NCBI RefSeq assembly: GCF_004010195.1
Contig: NC_057755.1
Coordinates: 5,211,643-5,275,642, forward strand
Direction of reading: 5' to 3'
DNA length: 64,000 nucleotides
Origin: Chiloscyllium plagiosum
Taxonomy: Eukaryota
Part shown: in pieces, positions 37,561 to 50,834 of the stretch
How the letters are laid out: each line of letters opens with the position of its first letter
Position numbering within the stretch: position 1 is the stretch's first letter
The notes under the pieces: generated by a model
Seen by the model: only the letters and a program-made list of their open reading frames with translations
What the model was told of the DNA's origin: nothing
The model's database searches: none
Translations under genes and position numbers: made by a program

Positions 37561-37968
37561 AGCTGGTCGTGGCGTTTCGTGGCTAGTTGATGTCAACTAG
37601 CCACGAGACGCCACGACCAGCTATCCTTAGTAGCCACACACGCAGACGACAAGCAGCATGAATTCGACTGGGACAACACTACCATTATAGGGCAAGCCAA
37701 ACAAAGAACAGCCAGGGAATTCCTAGAAGCATGGCACTCATCCACAAACTCCATCAACAAACACAGCGACCTGGACCCAATATACCGGCCACTACAGCAC
37801 AGCTGAAACTGACAACTGGAAGCGGCAGGGACAGGCCACTATAAATGCCGGAGGAAACACCACAGAAGCGCTTCACAGAATGCTCCCAAGCACTGAGGAT
37901 GTCACCCAGACAGGGGACGAAACGTTTGCAACAAAAATTTCCAGCTCGGCGAACAGAATCACAACAGT
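37561..37968 (+). mobile_element. Penelope-like element 3' end (GIY-YIG C-terminus and terminal repeat) with 5' fold-back
   Basis: HEFDWDNTTIIGQAKQRTAREFLEAWHSSTNSINKHSDLDPIY, with a 30-bp inverted repeat at 37561-37622. Confidence 0.88.
37890..37929 (+). ncRNA. Minimal type I hammerhead ribozyme motif
   Basis: gca CTGAGGA t gtcaccc agaca ggggac GAAAC GTT tgc. Confidence 0.6.
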
Positions 37969-38119
37969 ACCTAATAAGGTGAGATTGCGAAGTTGGATTT
38001 GTTAAAAACCGCAATGTGTTATCTCAATTAATTTAGTAACATTCCTTCACGGAACAACTAGTTGCTATGCAGGATGTGGAGGTGGATGTGTCGAACAGGG
38101 GTGGACAAAACTAAAAAAC

Positions 38120-39460
38120 CCAGATGGCCTCCTTCTTCAAGGACCGCAATTTCCCCCCCGACGTGGTCGACGATGCCCTCCACCGCATCTCTTCCACTTC
38201 CCGCTCCTCCGCTCTTGAACCCCGCCCCTCCAACCGCCACCAGGACAGAACCCCACGGGTGCTCACCTACCACCCCACTAACCTCCATGTACAGCGCATC
38301 ATCCGCCGCCACTTCCGCCACCCCCAAACNNNNNNNNNNNNNNNNNNNNNNNNNNNNNNNNNNNNNNNNNNNNNNNNNNNNNNNNNNNNNNNNNNNNNNN
38401 NNNNNNNNNNNNNNNNNNNNNNNNNNNNNNNNNNNNNNNNNNNNNNNNNNNNNNNNNNNNNNNNNNNNNNNNNNNNNNNNNNNNNNNNNNNNNNNNNNNN
38501 NNNNNNNNNNNNNNNNNNNNNNNNNNNNNNNNNNNNNNNNNNNNNNNNNNNNNNNNNNNNNNNNNNNNNNNNNNNNNNNNNNNNNNNNNNNNNNNNNNNN
38601 NNNNNNNNNNNNNNNNNNNNNNNNNNNNNNNNNNNNNNNNNNNNNNNNNNNNNNNNNNNNNNNNNNNNNNNNNNNNNNNNNNNNNNNNNNNNNNNNNNNN
38701 NNNNNNNNNNNNNNNNNNNNNNNNNNNNNNNNNNNNNNNNNNNNNNNNNNNNNNNNNNNNNNNNNNNNNNNNNNNNNNNNNNNNNNNNNNNNNNNNNNNN
38801 NNNNNNNNNNNNNNNNNNNNNNNNNNNNNNNNNNNNNNNNNNNNNNNNNNNNNNNNNNNNNNNNNNNNNNNNNNNNNNNNNNNNNNNNNNNNNNNNNNNN
38901 NNNNNNNNNNNNNNNNNNNNNNNNNNNNNNNNNNNNNNNNNNNNNNNNNNNNNNNNNNNNNNNNNNNNNNNNNNNNNNNNNNNNNNNNNNNNNNNNNNNN
39001 NNNNNNNNNNNNNNNNNNNNNNNNNNNNNNNNNNNNNNNNNNNNNNNNNNNNNNNNNNNNNNNNNNNAAACGATGGTTGGAGGAAGAACGCCTCATCTTC
39101 CGGCTTGGAACCCTCCAACCACAAGGGATGATCTCGGATTTCACCAGTTTCCTCATTTCCCCTCCCCCCAGCCTGTCTCAGTCAAATCCATCAAATTCAG
39201 CACCGCCTTCCGAACCTGAGATCTTCTTCCCGACCTCTCCGCCCCCACCCCAGTCTGACCTATCACCCTCACCTTGACCTCTTTCCACCTATCATATTTC
39301 CGACGCCCCTCCCCCAAGTCCCTCCTCCCTACCTTTTATCTTAGCCTGCTGGACCAACTTTCCTCATTCCTGAAGAAAGGCTAATGCCCGAAACGTCGAT
39401 TCTCCTGTTCACTGGATGCTGCCTGACCTGCTGCGCTTTTCCAGAAACACATTTCCAAAG
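38120..39460 (+). mobile_element. Penelope-like element of a second family (RT C-terminus and GIY-YIG end) spanning gap 38330-39067
   Basis: MASFFKDRNFPPDVVDDAL...PRVLTYHP and EEERLIFRLGTLQPQG, ending with CTGAAGAAAGGCTAATGCCCGAAACGTC. Confidence 0.85.
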
Positions 39461-39462
39461 CT

Positions 39463-39769
39463 AAAAATCACACAACACCAAGTTGTTGTCCAACATATCT
39501 ATTTGGAAGTATTGGATTTCACAGTGCGGCTCCTTCATCAGGTAACTTCTGGGACAGTATCATAAGACGCAGAATTTAAAGCAAAAGATCACTGAGTTAT
39601 GCAATTAAAGCAAAATATTGAACAAACCACTCACACCCACGCAGCACTCTCTCACAGGCTTTTCCACCGTCACATTCAGGCTCACATTCTACCAAATACA
39701 AACGCACACAAACACACACTCTCATGCACACTCACTCGCATGCACACTCCCTCTCTCTCTTTCACTCTT

Positions 39770-39801
<32 letters not shown>

Positions 39802-40324
39802 GCACACACAGACACACACACACACAGACACACACATACACACGTCTATGGAACGATTTTCCATTTGCAAATACATTTTATTTATGCTCAAAAACCACAC
39901 AGCCTGCAGGTAGTCAATTCATATAGCGTTTTATACATTGCCAATTTGGAAATAGATCCTATCTCACTCAAGATTGGTATACAGACAGGCTCTAACTTCA
40001 CAACTTTCATACATTTCCTGGGCTGAGGTGTCTTTTTTTTAAAAAAAAACCTTCAATTATCTCGAGAATGTGATTTAAAAGAAGGTCTCGGCTTTTACAT
40101 ATTATTGAACCGAAGCAACCAAACCATTCTAAATGATTAAAGACTTGACAGTAATCTAGGTTTGTTCAAGTAATTGATTGAATTGCATGATTTTGTCATC
40201 GTTTGCTATAAATTCTGTGACTCATGATTTTGTCCCACCAATTACCTGGTGAAAAAGCAGCACTCTGAATGTTAGTACTTCCAAATAAACCTGTTGGACG
40301 AAAACCTAGTGATGTGCGATTGTT
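39463..40324. mobile_element. Non-coding element with ~130-bp diverged terminal inverted repeats, probably Penelope-derived, containing a (CT)/(CA) microsatellite
   Basis: AATCACACAACACCAAGTTGTTGTCCAACATATCTATTTGGAAGTA... is mirrored by ...TACTTCCAAATAAACCTGTTGGACGAAAACCTAGTGATGTGCGATT. Confidence 0.65.
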
Positions 40325-40735
40325 AACACTGTCACAAGAGGAAGCCAAATTGAGGAAAACAGTTCTCAGAAAGACTATTAACAACCAGGATTTCATTACC
40401 AAATGGTCAGAGTTTAGAGAAAGTCGACACTGAAATGAGATCTCAGCATGGGACGGATGGTGTTTTGTATCAATGATGGCGGATATGCAATTTTCAATAT
40501 TTGTTATTAACCGAATGAGGCTCACATAATCCAATCAACTTCAAAACAATTTCTGTGTCAACTGTGGTTTAAGTCACTTTCGTCATCTGTTTTTCCAAAT
40601 TCTTGGAAAGGAATTGGGGCGTGATGTGACAGTCCCCCAGGCAATGCCAGCAGGTACACAGGAAAGGCTTTGGGAAATATTGCATCATTTTTTAAAACGG
40701 GGGAGATTGCCTGACAAAAATATTTTTTGCAAAAA

Positions 40736-40802
40736 ATGCACATTCTAATTAAGACAGCACAGAAAATATTTTACATGGTCATCTCGTTTGTAACAATTCC
40801 TG
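40736..40802 (+). CDS. Orphan or alternative first exon of a GPR139-like GPCR (MHILIKTAQKIFYMVISFVTIP + G)
   Basis: AAAATG start, 22 codons + 1 nt, donor G|gtgagt. Same length and KI(F/V)Y...(V/I)P pattern as the 1787 exon. Confidence 0.68.
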
Positions 40803-41704
40803 GTGAGTGCCTTGTATCATTGAATTTGTGTAAATCTGTCTTGAAGATTCCATGCAGTTTCGTTATGCAATTCACAGGTATACATGGACATGTGGCTACT
40901 CTCACACACGGGTAGATGATCGGTAATCTAGTCTCAGATTACAGTTGACCTGTCGAATCTCCATCACTGCACTCAGCAGAATTTGCCTGGGCAATTGAAA
41001 TTCCCCTTTGGTTAACCATTTTGTGTGGCAACCTTCTAAACAACTGCATTCCAATTGGAGACTACAGAGAGTTTCGATGGCTGAAGTAAAATATTCACTT
41101 TGGTTTTCTTGTGTGAATAACCGTTAGGTTTCTTCTGTTTGTCTGAAGATAATAGTTAACTTGTAGGCATTTTTGCAATCACAGACTTTTTTTAAAAAAG
41201 TAAACAATTTTATACACTGGCGCTAGGCTGAATGGGTTTGTACAACGATAAACTTCGGTCCTTTTTTCCGATTGTATGCAACCCAGCTTTCTGGAATCAG
41301 ATTTCAAAGAAAACACGCTTCACACGGAAGACTTTAATTTCATTTTTAACTGTGAGTCACTTCTTGTAGCCCTTGGAATACGCTGGAACCGGGTGGATGT
41401 ATAGATCGATCTGTGCTCATAAGAATGGACTCAGAGACTGAGTCAATTAGATTAATTTGAAGAGAAAGGTTCGTGTTGGGATTTTTAAAAAACCTAGAAA
41501 AGACTACTTAAAGCTGAGTATATTGACCCAGCTCTGTGCTGGATCCCGAAAAACGTTATTGCAGTTATGTTTTAAATCGCAACAGACTTAACCAAGCGTT
41601 AAATACAGATATTCTGGTGTCAGTATGATACAAGGGACGGTTTTTGGAACTACACCAGAAATGGTGTTCGGTATACTCAATAAAATCTGTTTCAGTAAGT
41701 ATCT

Positions 41705-42155
41705 TGCTGAACTGGAAGATTTGTTTTCAGATGTTTGGTCACCAAAGACATCGGTCAAACCAACAGGAAACTTGCCACCAGGAGACATGAACACCAAATA
41801 GCCAGCAAAAGTTGCGTCCCACGATCAGTAGTTTCCATACATAAAGACAAAGGAGGACACCACATTGACTGGAAGAATACACACATGCTAGTACTGACGA
41901 AACAAAGACACGCATGAGAATTCTTAAAGGCATGGCATTCGAACCGGAACTCCATCAATAAACACGTCGACTTAGATCCCATCTACCTTACCTTCAAAAG
42001 ATAGCCAGAAATGAAATCACCCACCTCAAGAAACCAACACTTATAAATAGAGAGGCGGGATATCTGAGTAACCCTTCACCGAGACTGTCACGGATGATTT
42101 TATCGAACCATGGTGACGAAACACCTGAAAATTAACATTCCAGCTCAACGAGGTA
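41705..42155 (+). mobile_element. Decayed Penelope-like GIY-YIG fragment with inverted terminal piece
   Basis: IGQTNRKLATRRHEHQ...IDWKNT...EFLKAWHSNRNSINKHVDLDPIY. Confidence 0.8.
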
Positions 42156-42324
42156 CAGTCTCAATAATCGCTGACCTGTTTTATTTCTTTTCAATTTATA
42201 GGGTAGGTTTGGATTAATGCTTTTACAAATTGTGTGTTCAATGCCTCTGAATCTGTGTCATGAGTACACAATTTGTATTATTCTATCTTATCATCATTTG
42301 TTTTGTCATGAACTGATGTCATAG

Positions 42325-44880
42325 AGTCCTAGAGATGTGCAGGTCCTGGGTATTTATCCACCTTTAACAGTTTCAAGACATCCAGCACTTTCTCCTCTGT
42401 AATCTGGACATTTGGCAAGGTGTCACCATACATTTCCTTACAGTCTAAATTTTCCATATCCTTTCCCACAATAAATACTGATGCAAAATATTCATTTAAT
42501 ATCTTCCCCATTTACTGTGGCTCCACACAAAGGCCACCTGGCTGATCTTTGAGGGGCCCTATTCTCTCCCTAGTTACCCTTTGACCTTAACATATTTGTA
42601 AAATCCTTTTGGATTCTCCTTAATTCTACTTGCCAACGCTATCTCATGTCCTCTTTTTGCCCTCCTACTTTCCCTCTTAATTATACCTCTACTTCCTTTA
42701 TACTCTTCCAAGGATTCACTCGATCTATCCTGTCTATACCTGACATTTGCTTCCTTCTTTTTCTTAACCAAACCCTCAATGTCTTTAGTCATCCAGCATT
42801 CCCTATACCTACCAGGCTTACCTTACACCCTGACAGGAATATACTTTCTCTGGATTCTTGTTGTCTCATTTCTGAAGGCTTCCCATTTTCCAGCCGTCCC
42901 TTTACCTGCGAACATCTGTCTCCAATCACATCTCGAAAATTCTTGCCTAATACCGTCAAAAATGGCCTTTCTCCAATTTAGAACTTCAACTTTTAGATCT
43001 GGTCTATCCTTTTCCATCACGATTTTAAAACGAATAGAATTATGGTCGCTGGCCCCAAAGTGCTCCACCACTGACAGCTCAGTTACCTGCCCTGCCTTAT
43101 TTCCCAAGAGTCGATCGCGTTTTGCACCTTCTCTAGTAGGTACATCCACATACTGAATCAGAAAATAGTCTTGTACGCACTTATGAAATTCCTCTCTAAC
43201 TAAACCTTTAACACTATGGCAGTCCCAGTCGATGTTTGGAAAGTTGAAATCCCCTACCATAACTACCCTATTATTCTTACAGATAGCTGAGATCTCTTTT
43301 CAAGTTTGTTTCTCAATTTCCCTCTGACTATTAGGTGGTCTCTTGTACAATCCCAATAAGGTGATCATCCCTTTCTTATTTCTCAGTTCCACCCAAATAA
43401 CTTTCCGGGAATATTCTCCTTCAGCACAGCTGTAATGCTATCCCATATCAAAAATGCCACTCTCCCTCCTCTCTTGGCTCCCTTTCTATCCTCCTGTAGC
43501 ATTTGTATCCAGGAACATTAAGCTGCCAGTCCTGCCCATCCCTGAGCCATATTTCTGTAATTGCTATGATATCCCAGTCTAATGTGACGAACCATGCCCT
43601 AGGTTCATCTGCCTTCCCTGTTAGACACCTTGCATTGAAATAAATGCAGTTTAATGTATTAGTCTACCTTATCCCTGCCTGCCCTGACTGTTGCGAATAC
43701 TTGTCCCATACACCAGCTCCTCAGCCATGCATTCATATGCTCTATCCACCTATTCCTGCTCTCACTGGGAGTAATCCAGAAATTACTAATTTTGAGAACC
43801 TCCTTTTTAAATTTCTGTTTAACTCTCTGTAATCTCCTTTCAGAATCTGAACATTTTGCCTTCCTATATCGTTGGTTGCATTGTGGACAGTGACCTCTTG
43901 CTGAGCCCTCTTCCCCGTGAGAACATTCTGCACCCTCTCTGAGACATTCTTGATCCTGGCACCAGGGAAACGACACACCATTCTGCTTTTTCTCTTCTGG
44001 CCACAGAAACGTCTGTCTGTACCTCGGACTACAGAATCACCTAACACAATTGATCTCTTGGAAGCCGAGGTACCCCTCGTTGCATTAGAGCCAATCTCAA
44101 TATCAGAATCTTGGCTGTTCGTGCTTCGTTCCCCTGAGAATCCATCACCCCTACATTTTCCAAAACAATATACCTGTTAGAAGTGGGTATATCCACAAAA
44201 GACTCCTGCCCTAGTTGCCGACCTCTCTCACCCTTCCTGGAGTTAACCCATCTAGGTGACTGTATCTGAGACTTCCCCCCCTTCCTATAACTGCCATCCA
44301 TCATATACTGTTGCTGTTGCGAATGCCTCATCGCTTCTATCTGTATCTCCAACCGATCCACCCGATCTGATAAGATTCGCATCCAAAAGCATTTTTGGCA
44401 GATATAATCCGCAGTAACTCTTAAACTCTCTTTAAACTCCCACATCTGACAAAAAGTACATATCACTGCAAAGGCGAGTTTTGCTCCTTCACAATCTACA
44501 GACCCAGAAAATAACACCGTCTTACTCCTCTACAAAACACTTCACCAGGTTAAATTAATAGTTATGGCTTATATTTTCATTTTAATCAAGAGTCTTATCT
44601 CCAAAAACATATAATCAAGAAAGAACCACTGTACTCACTAAAACAGCCTTTCCCTTGGACAGATGTAAAACAATAATTAACTTATCTGATTCTGTGCTGT
44701 GAACTTCGCCCAAACCAGTTCCTCCAAGATTATTTGTGAAATTCACTGTTTGTTAATTTTCCCAGCTGCACTCCGATGTCCAGCGACACACGAATTCAAA
44801 AACAGCAAAGGCAGTAACTGTGCAGATTCTCTCTCTCTCTCTCTCTCCTGCACTCTCCTCACCATGTGCTTCCGTTCATT
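42325..44880 (-). mobile_element. CR1/HER1 LINE 5' half: 5' UTR, ORF1 (zinc finger, coiled coil, SGNH esterase), APE endonuclease; truncated before the RT core
   Basis: CTFCQMWE...CQKC, LGDSVVRGTDRRFCG, VGDFNFPNIDW...GASDHNSIRF, LNEYFASVF, KVDKYPGP. Confidence 0.92.
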
Positions 44881-45959
44881 CAAGTAAAATTTGCAACATT
44901 GTGTGTTTCTGATTTGACAAGAGATCACGTTGTTCAAAACCAAAACAAATAAAGTTCTGATCCATCACAATGTATTCGGGTCCAGCTTTCGGTTTGTTCT
45001 GTAGTTACATCAGCTCATATCCGACAGAAGGAATGCTATTAAACTCAAAGCCTAATTTCTGACGAACTGATTAACTGATCCCACAATAGATCAGACACAC
45101 CCAGCTCCAGTCGTCCAGATCGATGTTACCTCCCAGACCTTGGCAAGACATCTACGCTGGGAATTAAATCCATATTAACTCTTCCCTAAACGATTCCTCA
45201 CTCAACCTGGACCTCATCCAACCTGAAACAAAATTTTCCCGCCCCTGCAAGACCTGTTGCTGTGCTATTACACAAGTCAGTGGGTAGATTACAGGTGCAA
45301 TGCTGTGCTCAGTGTTGTTCAGCACTTAACAGGAAGAACAGAATTACACTGGGATGAACACAGAGGAGACTTACAACCAAATTACTAGCGCTTGGAAATT
45401 ACAGCCGCGTTGAGGGACAGGACACGGCTTGTTTTCTGGAGAACAGAGGTGAATGAGAGATGATGCCGTTGAGGTGCACAAACACAGAAGGATATTGATA
45501 CAGATCTGTTACCAAGAACAGAAAGGAACATTTACCACACAGTGAGGCAGATTGCTGAAGGATTATATGATTCTTGAGGGCTAACCCCTCCATCCAGATG
45601 GTGGTGGTGTGTCTGGACTTCATTTCCTAGTTTGGGATCGTCAGGTGGCAATTCTCAATTCATTTAAAGGCAACCAGGATCTTGAACTGAAATGAATTTG
45701 CTTTCTAGACTGTAGACTAGGTGTCGGAAATTGGACTGTGAACATGGAGCCGGTTCAAATTTCTTTAAGAAAGTAGCACCTGTCCTATGTTTGCAACTTT
45801 AAGTTCTTGTCTACGGAGAAAACAGAAGTAACATTTTGAGACCAGTAACCATTCGTCAGAAGATTTTTTTCGGTGAAGAGTGGCTTCAGACAGGAATTTC
45901 TCCACCAATGCTGCCATACCTCTTGCGTTCCGCAAGCTGCTTTTGTTTCAGTTCTACGT

Positions 45960-46198
45960 GTCCATGTAGGACAGATGTTAAGGGTAGATTCTTTAGTCAG
46001 CGAGTCGTGAGTTTATGGAATGCCCTGCCAGTAACAGTCGTGGACTCTCCCACGTTATGGGCATTTAAACGGGCATTGGGTAGGCATATGGAGGATATTG
46101 GGCTAGTGTAGGTTAGGTGGGTTTGGATCGGCGCAACATCGAGGGCCAAAGGGCCTGTACTGCGCTGTATTTTTCTATGATCTATGTTCTATGTTCTA
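45960..46198 (+). mobile_element. CR1 3' end with (TTCTATG)n tail
   Basis: DVKGRFFSQRVVSLWNALP followed by the tandem tail. Confidence 0.88.
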
Positions 46199-46550
46199 CA
46201 CACACAAACACACACAGTTCCACACTCACACTCTCTCACACACACAAAAACACAAACGCACGCACAAATACACACACCACACACACAAACACACACACAC
46301 GCACACACACTCACACACTCACTTACACAAGACACACACACGCTCAGATACACAAACACAAAACGCACACACAAATACACACACACTTGCACAGACAAAC
46401 ATACACAAACATACACACAAACACACAAAAACACACACAAACACACATACACAAACGTACTACACACACGCACGAACACAAACACACATATACACACACA
46501 CGAACATACACGAACACACACACAAACACACACATACACACACACAAGCG

Positions 46551-46580
<30 letters not shown>
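46198..46580. repeat. Degenerate (CA)n tract
   Basis: Direct inspection. Confidence 0.92.
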
Positions 46581-46581
<1 letters not shown>

Positions 46582-48039
46582 CTGCAGGTTCAAACCCTGA
46601 GAAGCCCCAGAGACACACTCACGACACAAACTGTCACCAGTGTACTCCATAAACTAACACAAGATGTTTGCACAACCTAACAAAATCTTTGTACAATTTG
46701 AGACATCATTTTTTACCTGCCTGAGGAAAGGCTTGTCCCTCAAATTAAACAAGTGTTTTGTTCAGGTGTATAAAACGTTTTTCCCAAATTAACACAAGTT
46801 TATTCCACATATTTATGCAAAGTATTTGCACAAAGTCACACACATTTGTCCAAATGAATGCCGCATTTTTGGCCCAAAACGGACACTAATTTATTTCACA
46901 GAGTAACACAGGATTTTTGCACAGATTAATTGAAACCACGGTGCGCCAGTGCAGTCTTCAAGCTTGCTGAGTTTGAATTTTATCCGAATGAGGATATACC
47001 TTCTACAAATAAACAAGGCACCTTCACAATTCGACATCGGAAAAGGATTACACAAAAGGACAGGGAGGATAGGCCTGACTTGAGCTGACAACTCAGAAGG
47101 AACATGCATCAGAATTCACTCAATGAAAGAACAGCTGACCATCTGATATTGAAATGTAAGAAGAGAATTCTCTATGTTTGTCACCATCAAACCCTGACTG
47201 TCATCAAATTCTGAATAATAACAGAACTAACCCAATTCTCCAAATGACAACAGCAAACAAGCAAATGATGAGAATTCTGCATAAAGCAACTTCGCAGCCC
47301 TGTAGCAATTCCATAGCAATCCCAGGGATCCCCCGAACTCCACCCACCCTCCTCACTAAGTGTTACAATCCAGGACCTGACATCGACATCAATGTGACTA
47401 TGAGCTTAGGGATCAGTAAATTGGTTTCTCTGTATTGCAGGTCAGTTGCAATGGCTCAGAAAATAGAGCAAACGTTTTTATTTCCAGTTTAAACAAATAA
47501 AGTAATTTTAAAAATATATATGCTCAGAAAGATGAAACAATCTACGGTGCACACACACACACGCATACATATGCATACATACGTATATACACATCTCTAA
47601 TTCCATTCATTTGTTTGCATTTCTTTGCAATGTGTACTATTTAGAAACAATAAAATAAACAGCAGACAGGAGCAAATGCTCTAAAACATACATCACTGCA
47701 TTGGCGTGGGGAGGCCACCAGAGGTTGCCAATGTTTCACATTAAACAGATCGAGGACCTCTCTGTAGGCCACTCTGGCCTAATTACCTGACTATCCTCCC
47801 TTGTTCCAGAATTCCTAACCAGTCGTACTGCCCTTGCCTCCCTTCCTGATTGAACAGACCAGCAGTCCATCAAAGAATCCCCGCCCACCGACCCAGTACC
47901 TTTCCCTGGTTGGATACCCTGTCACCACCCTTTTTCCATGGCATGTGGAAGGTCAGTGTTGATTTGCGGCTGTTCCCCACCTGAGCCAGTCGACAATGGG
48001 GTGTACCTTGGATCTTGGTGTCCAATGCTATTGTGCAGT

Positions 48040-49000
48040 TGGATGAGAGAACAAAATGTAATATCCTAAAGTTTGCAGATGATACCAAGCTGGGTGGATG
48101 GATGAGCTGTGATGTGATTGTCGAGATTCTCCATCATGATCTGGGTAGGGTGGTTGAGTGGGCAAACCAATGACAGTTGCAGCATAATTTCGATAAGTAC
48201 AATGTTTTCACTTTGGGTGCAAAAACATGAACCTGAATGGGTGTAAATTGGGGGAGTGGAGTGTGCAGTTGGACCTGGGTCTACCTATGCACCAGTTAGT
48301 GAAGGTAAGCATGCAGGTGTAGCAGGCAGTAAAGAAGGCAAATGCAATGTTGGGTTTCATTGCGAGAGGCTTCGAGTACAGGAGCAGGAATGTGTCGTTG
48401 CAGTTATACAGGGCCTTGGTGAGGTCACCCCAAGAATGTTACAGGCAGTTTTGGTCTCCATTTCTCAGAAAGGGTGCTCTTGCTCTCGAGGAAGGGAGTG
48501 CAGGGAAGGTTTACGCAGACTGATTCCAGGGATGGTGGGATTGACGTGTGAGGAGAGATTGACCCAGTTAGGAATGCTGTCATTGGAGTTCAGACGAATG
48601 GGGGGGACGGGATAGGGTACATTTCATAGAGTCTTGTACAACTCTAACAGCACTAGACAGGGTAGATACAGGGAGGATATTCCAGTTAGTGGATGCTCCC
48701 AGAAACAGGGTTTACAGTTTGAGGATTCAGGGTGAACCATTTAGGACGGAGCTGCGAATGACGTTTCTTCACCCAAAGAGTGATGAGCCTGTGGAATTCG
48801 TTACCACAGGAAGTAGTTGTTGCAAAAAAAATAAATGTATTGAATAGGCGGCTAGATATAGCGCTTGAGTCGAATGGGATCTAATGTTCTGTGGAGAAAG
48901 AACGCGATAGTGATCAGATATGATCATGATGAATGATGGGGCAGGCTCAAAGGTTCGAACGGCCTCCTCCTGCTCCTATCCTCTCTGCTTTTATGTTTCA
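48040..49000 (+). mobile_element. CR1 LINE 3' part (RT FADD to 3' UTR)
   Basis: KFADDTKLGG, LIPGMVGLTCEERL and FFTQRVMSLWNSLP-like sequence. Confidence 0.88.
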
Positions 49001-50511
49001 ACTACTTTCTGACTGCTGCCGAATAGCTTTATCATTCAGTTTGTTGGATTAACTGTTTACAGTTGGCTGCCTTTTTGTGTGTAACTGGATCTACTCTTGT
49101 TCGAATATAATTACATTGATATAGGATATCGGGAGGACACATCATGAATGTGCTATCTAGTTACACATCTTCCTTTATGTTGGCATGTCACCATCTGTCA
49201 AATACAGTTTAGGCACCTCCAGTGTCATTTGTAGAGGTTTGACCCCTGTTACAACTAACATCGGAACATATTTTCTTCAGGAGTCTGTGCATAAATGAAG
49301 TGCCTCCTTTTCTGCCCCATTGAGGGTATTAGATTAAGTCTGTGCATTTAACATGTTTGTACTATGGTGCACAATAGCACACAAAAGCAATTGTCGACGT
49401 ATTTTTATTGGTCACGCTAAATTGTCCACAGTGTCCAAGGATGTGCAGGTAAGTTGGGTTAACTGTGGTAAATGGAGGTCAGTGGGATAGGGTGGGAATG
49501 AATGCTCTTTGAAGCGTTGGTGTGGACTTAAGGGGCTGAATGCCCTGCATCTGTAAGTGGTAACTCAGTGCCTCGCTTTGCTACCTTCCAGTGCTAGGCT
49601 CCTGGGTTTAGTACCATCCATATGGGCCTGCTTCCATCCTGTAGGGATTCTATTCTATGATTCATTTGGGAATGGCACAACTTAATTTCTGATGCCCGCT
49701 GAGTGATGTTTCCTCATATTCGATATCTAGTTGTTGAACCTAAAGGGGGCTTCTGAAATATAGGGAGCAAATGAGGTTCATTTTCAATTCTTCACGTAAG
49801 TTTGGTATTTGGATTCAAGAGCATATCCCTCCAAACCTTTCCTAATCATTTGTCTATCTATGTGTCTTTTAAACATTGTAACTGTTTCCTCGTACACCTT
49901 CGTCAGGAATCTCACTCCGAATACAAACCAGCATGGTAAGATTTACGAGACTGGAGTGGTTCTACTTCGAGGACAGAGGTTGTAAGGAGGTTGGAAAGAG
50001 CTGTTTAAAATCCATAGGGTAAATGGAGGAAAACTTATGCTGCTTTCGCGTGAGTGTCAGAGGTTGAGAGACAACCTGACAGGAGTATTTCAAATTGATG
50101 AGTTGCCTAGATAGGTTGGAAAGTTGGAGCCTTTTCCTCAGACTGTCGGTCATAGGTTTAAGGTGAGAGGGGGAAAGGTTAATGCAGATGTGCAAGGCGG
50201 GGTTTTTACACAGACGGTAGTAGTTGCTTGTAATGTGCTGCCTGGGGGTGAACAAATTAAATTTTTGAATAAGAAAAAGGATGATTTTTCAAGAACATTC
50301 TGAATGTGACTAACTAGCTTTCATTGTGGAGCATATCATAGTGCTGAACTGAGTTGTTTGTTCAATTAATTCTTCACTTAATGACCTCTCATGGGAATAG
50401 AATCTCCTCAAGGGATTCTTTCAAACTCTTTAAAGTGACAGCGCGCTTTCTCAGTGTCAGGTGAAGCATTTTGGTTCTCTTGAATGAGAGGGATCCTTGT
50501 GTAACGAACTC

Positions 50512-50608
50512 ATGGAGAGATGTCAAGCAGCAGAACAGAAGATACTCGATATACTTTATTCCGTAGAAAAGATATATTTTCCACTCCTGGCTTGTTTTGG
50601 TATTCCAG
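50512..50608 (+). CDS. Exon 1 of the plus-strand intact GPCR (MERCQAAEQKILDILYSVEKIYFPLLACFGIP + G)
   Basis: ATG at 50512, 32 codons + 1 nt, donor CAG|gtgagt. Phase 1 matches the acceptor at 52434. Confidence 0.88.
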
Positions 50609-50834
50609 GTGAGTTCCTCTGTCCTGTTTTGAAATCAATCCATATTTATTAATGGTCTGATGTCTTCGAACCGATGATAAGTATTGTTTAAAACATTCCA
50701 GATATCTCTGTCACTGCGCTATGAATTCAGATGGATCAATCAAATGATAATTTATGTTTGCTGTTTAAATTGCACTGCAGAAGTGTTGTCATAAAAATGA
50801 ATCACAAGTTGAGCGATTAACACACATTGAACTT

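Noticed and set aside
46117..46680. Overlapping His/Thr-rich and Cys/Val-rich ORFs
   Set aside because: They are (CA)n microsatellite translations.
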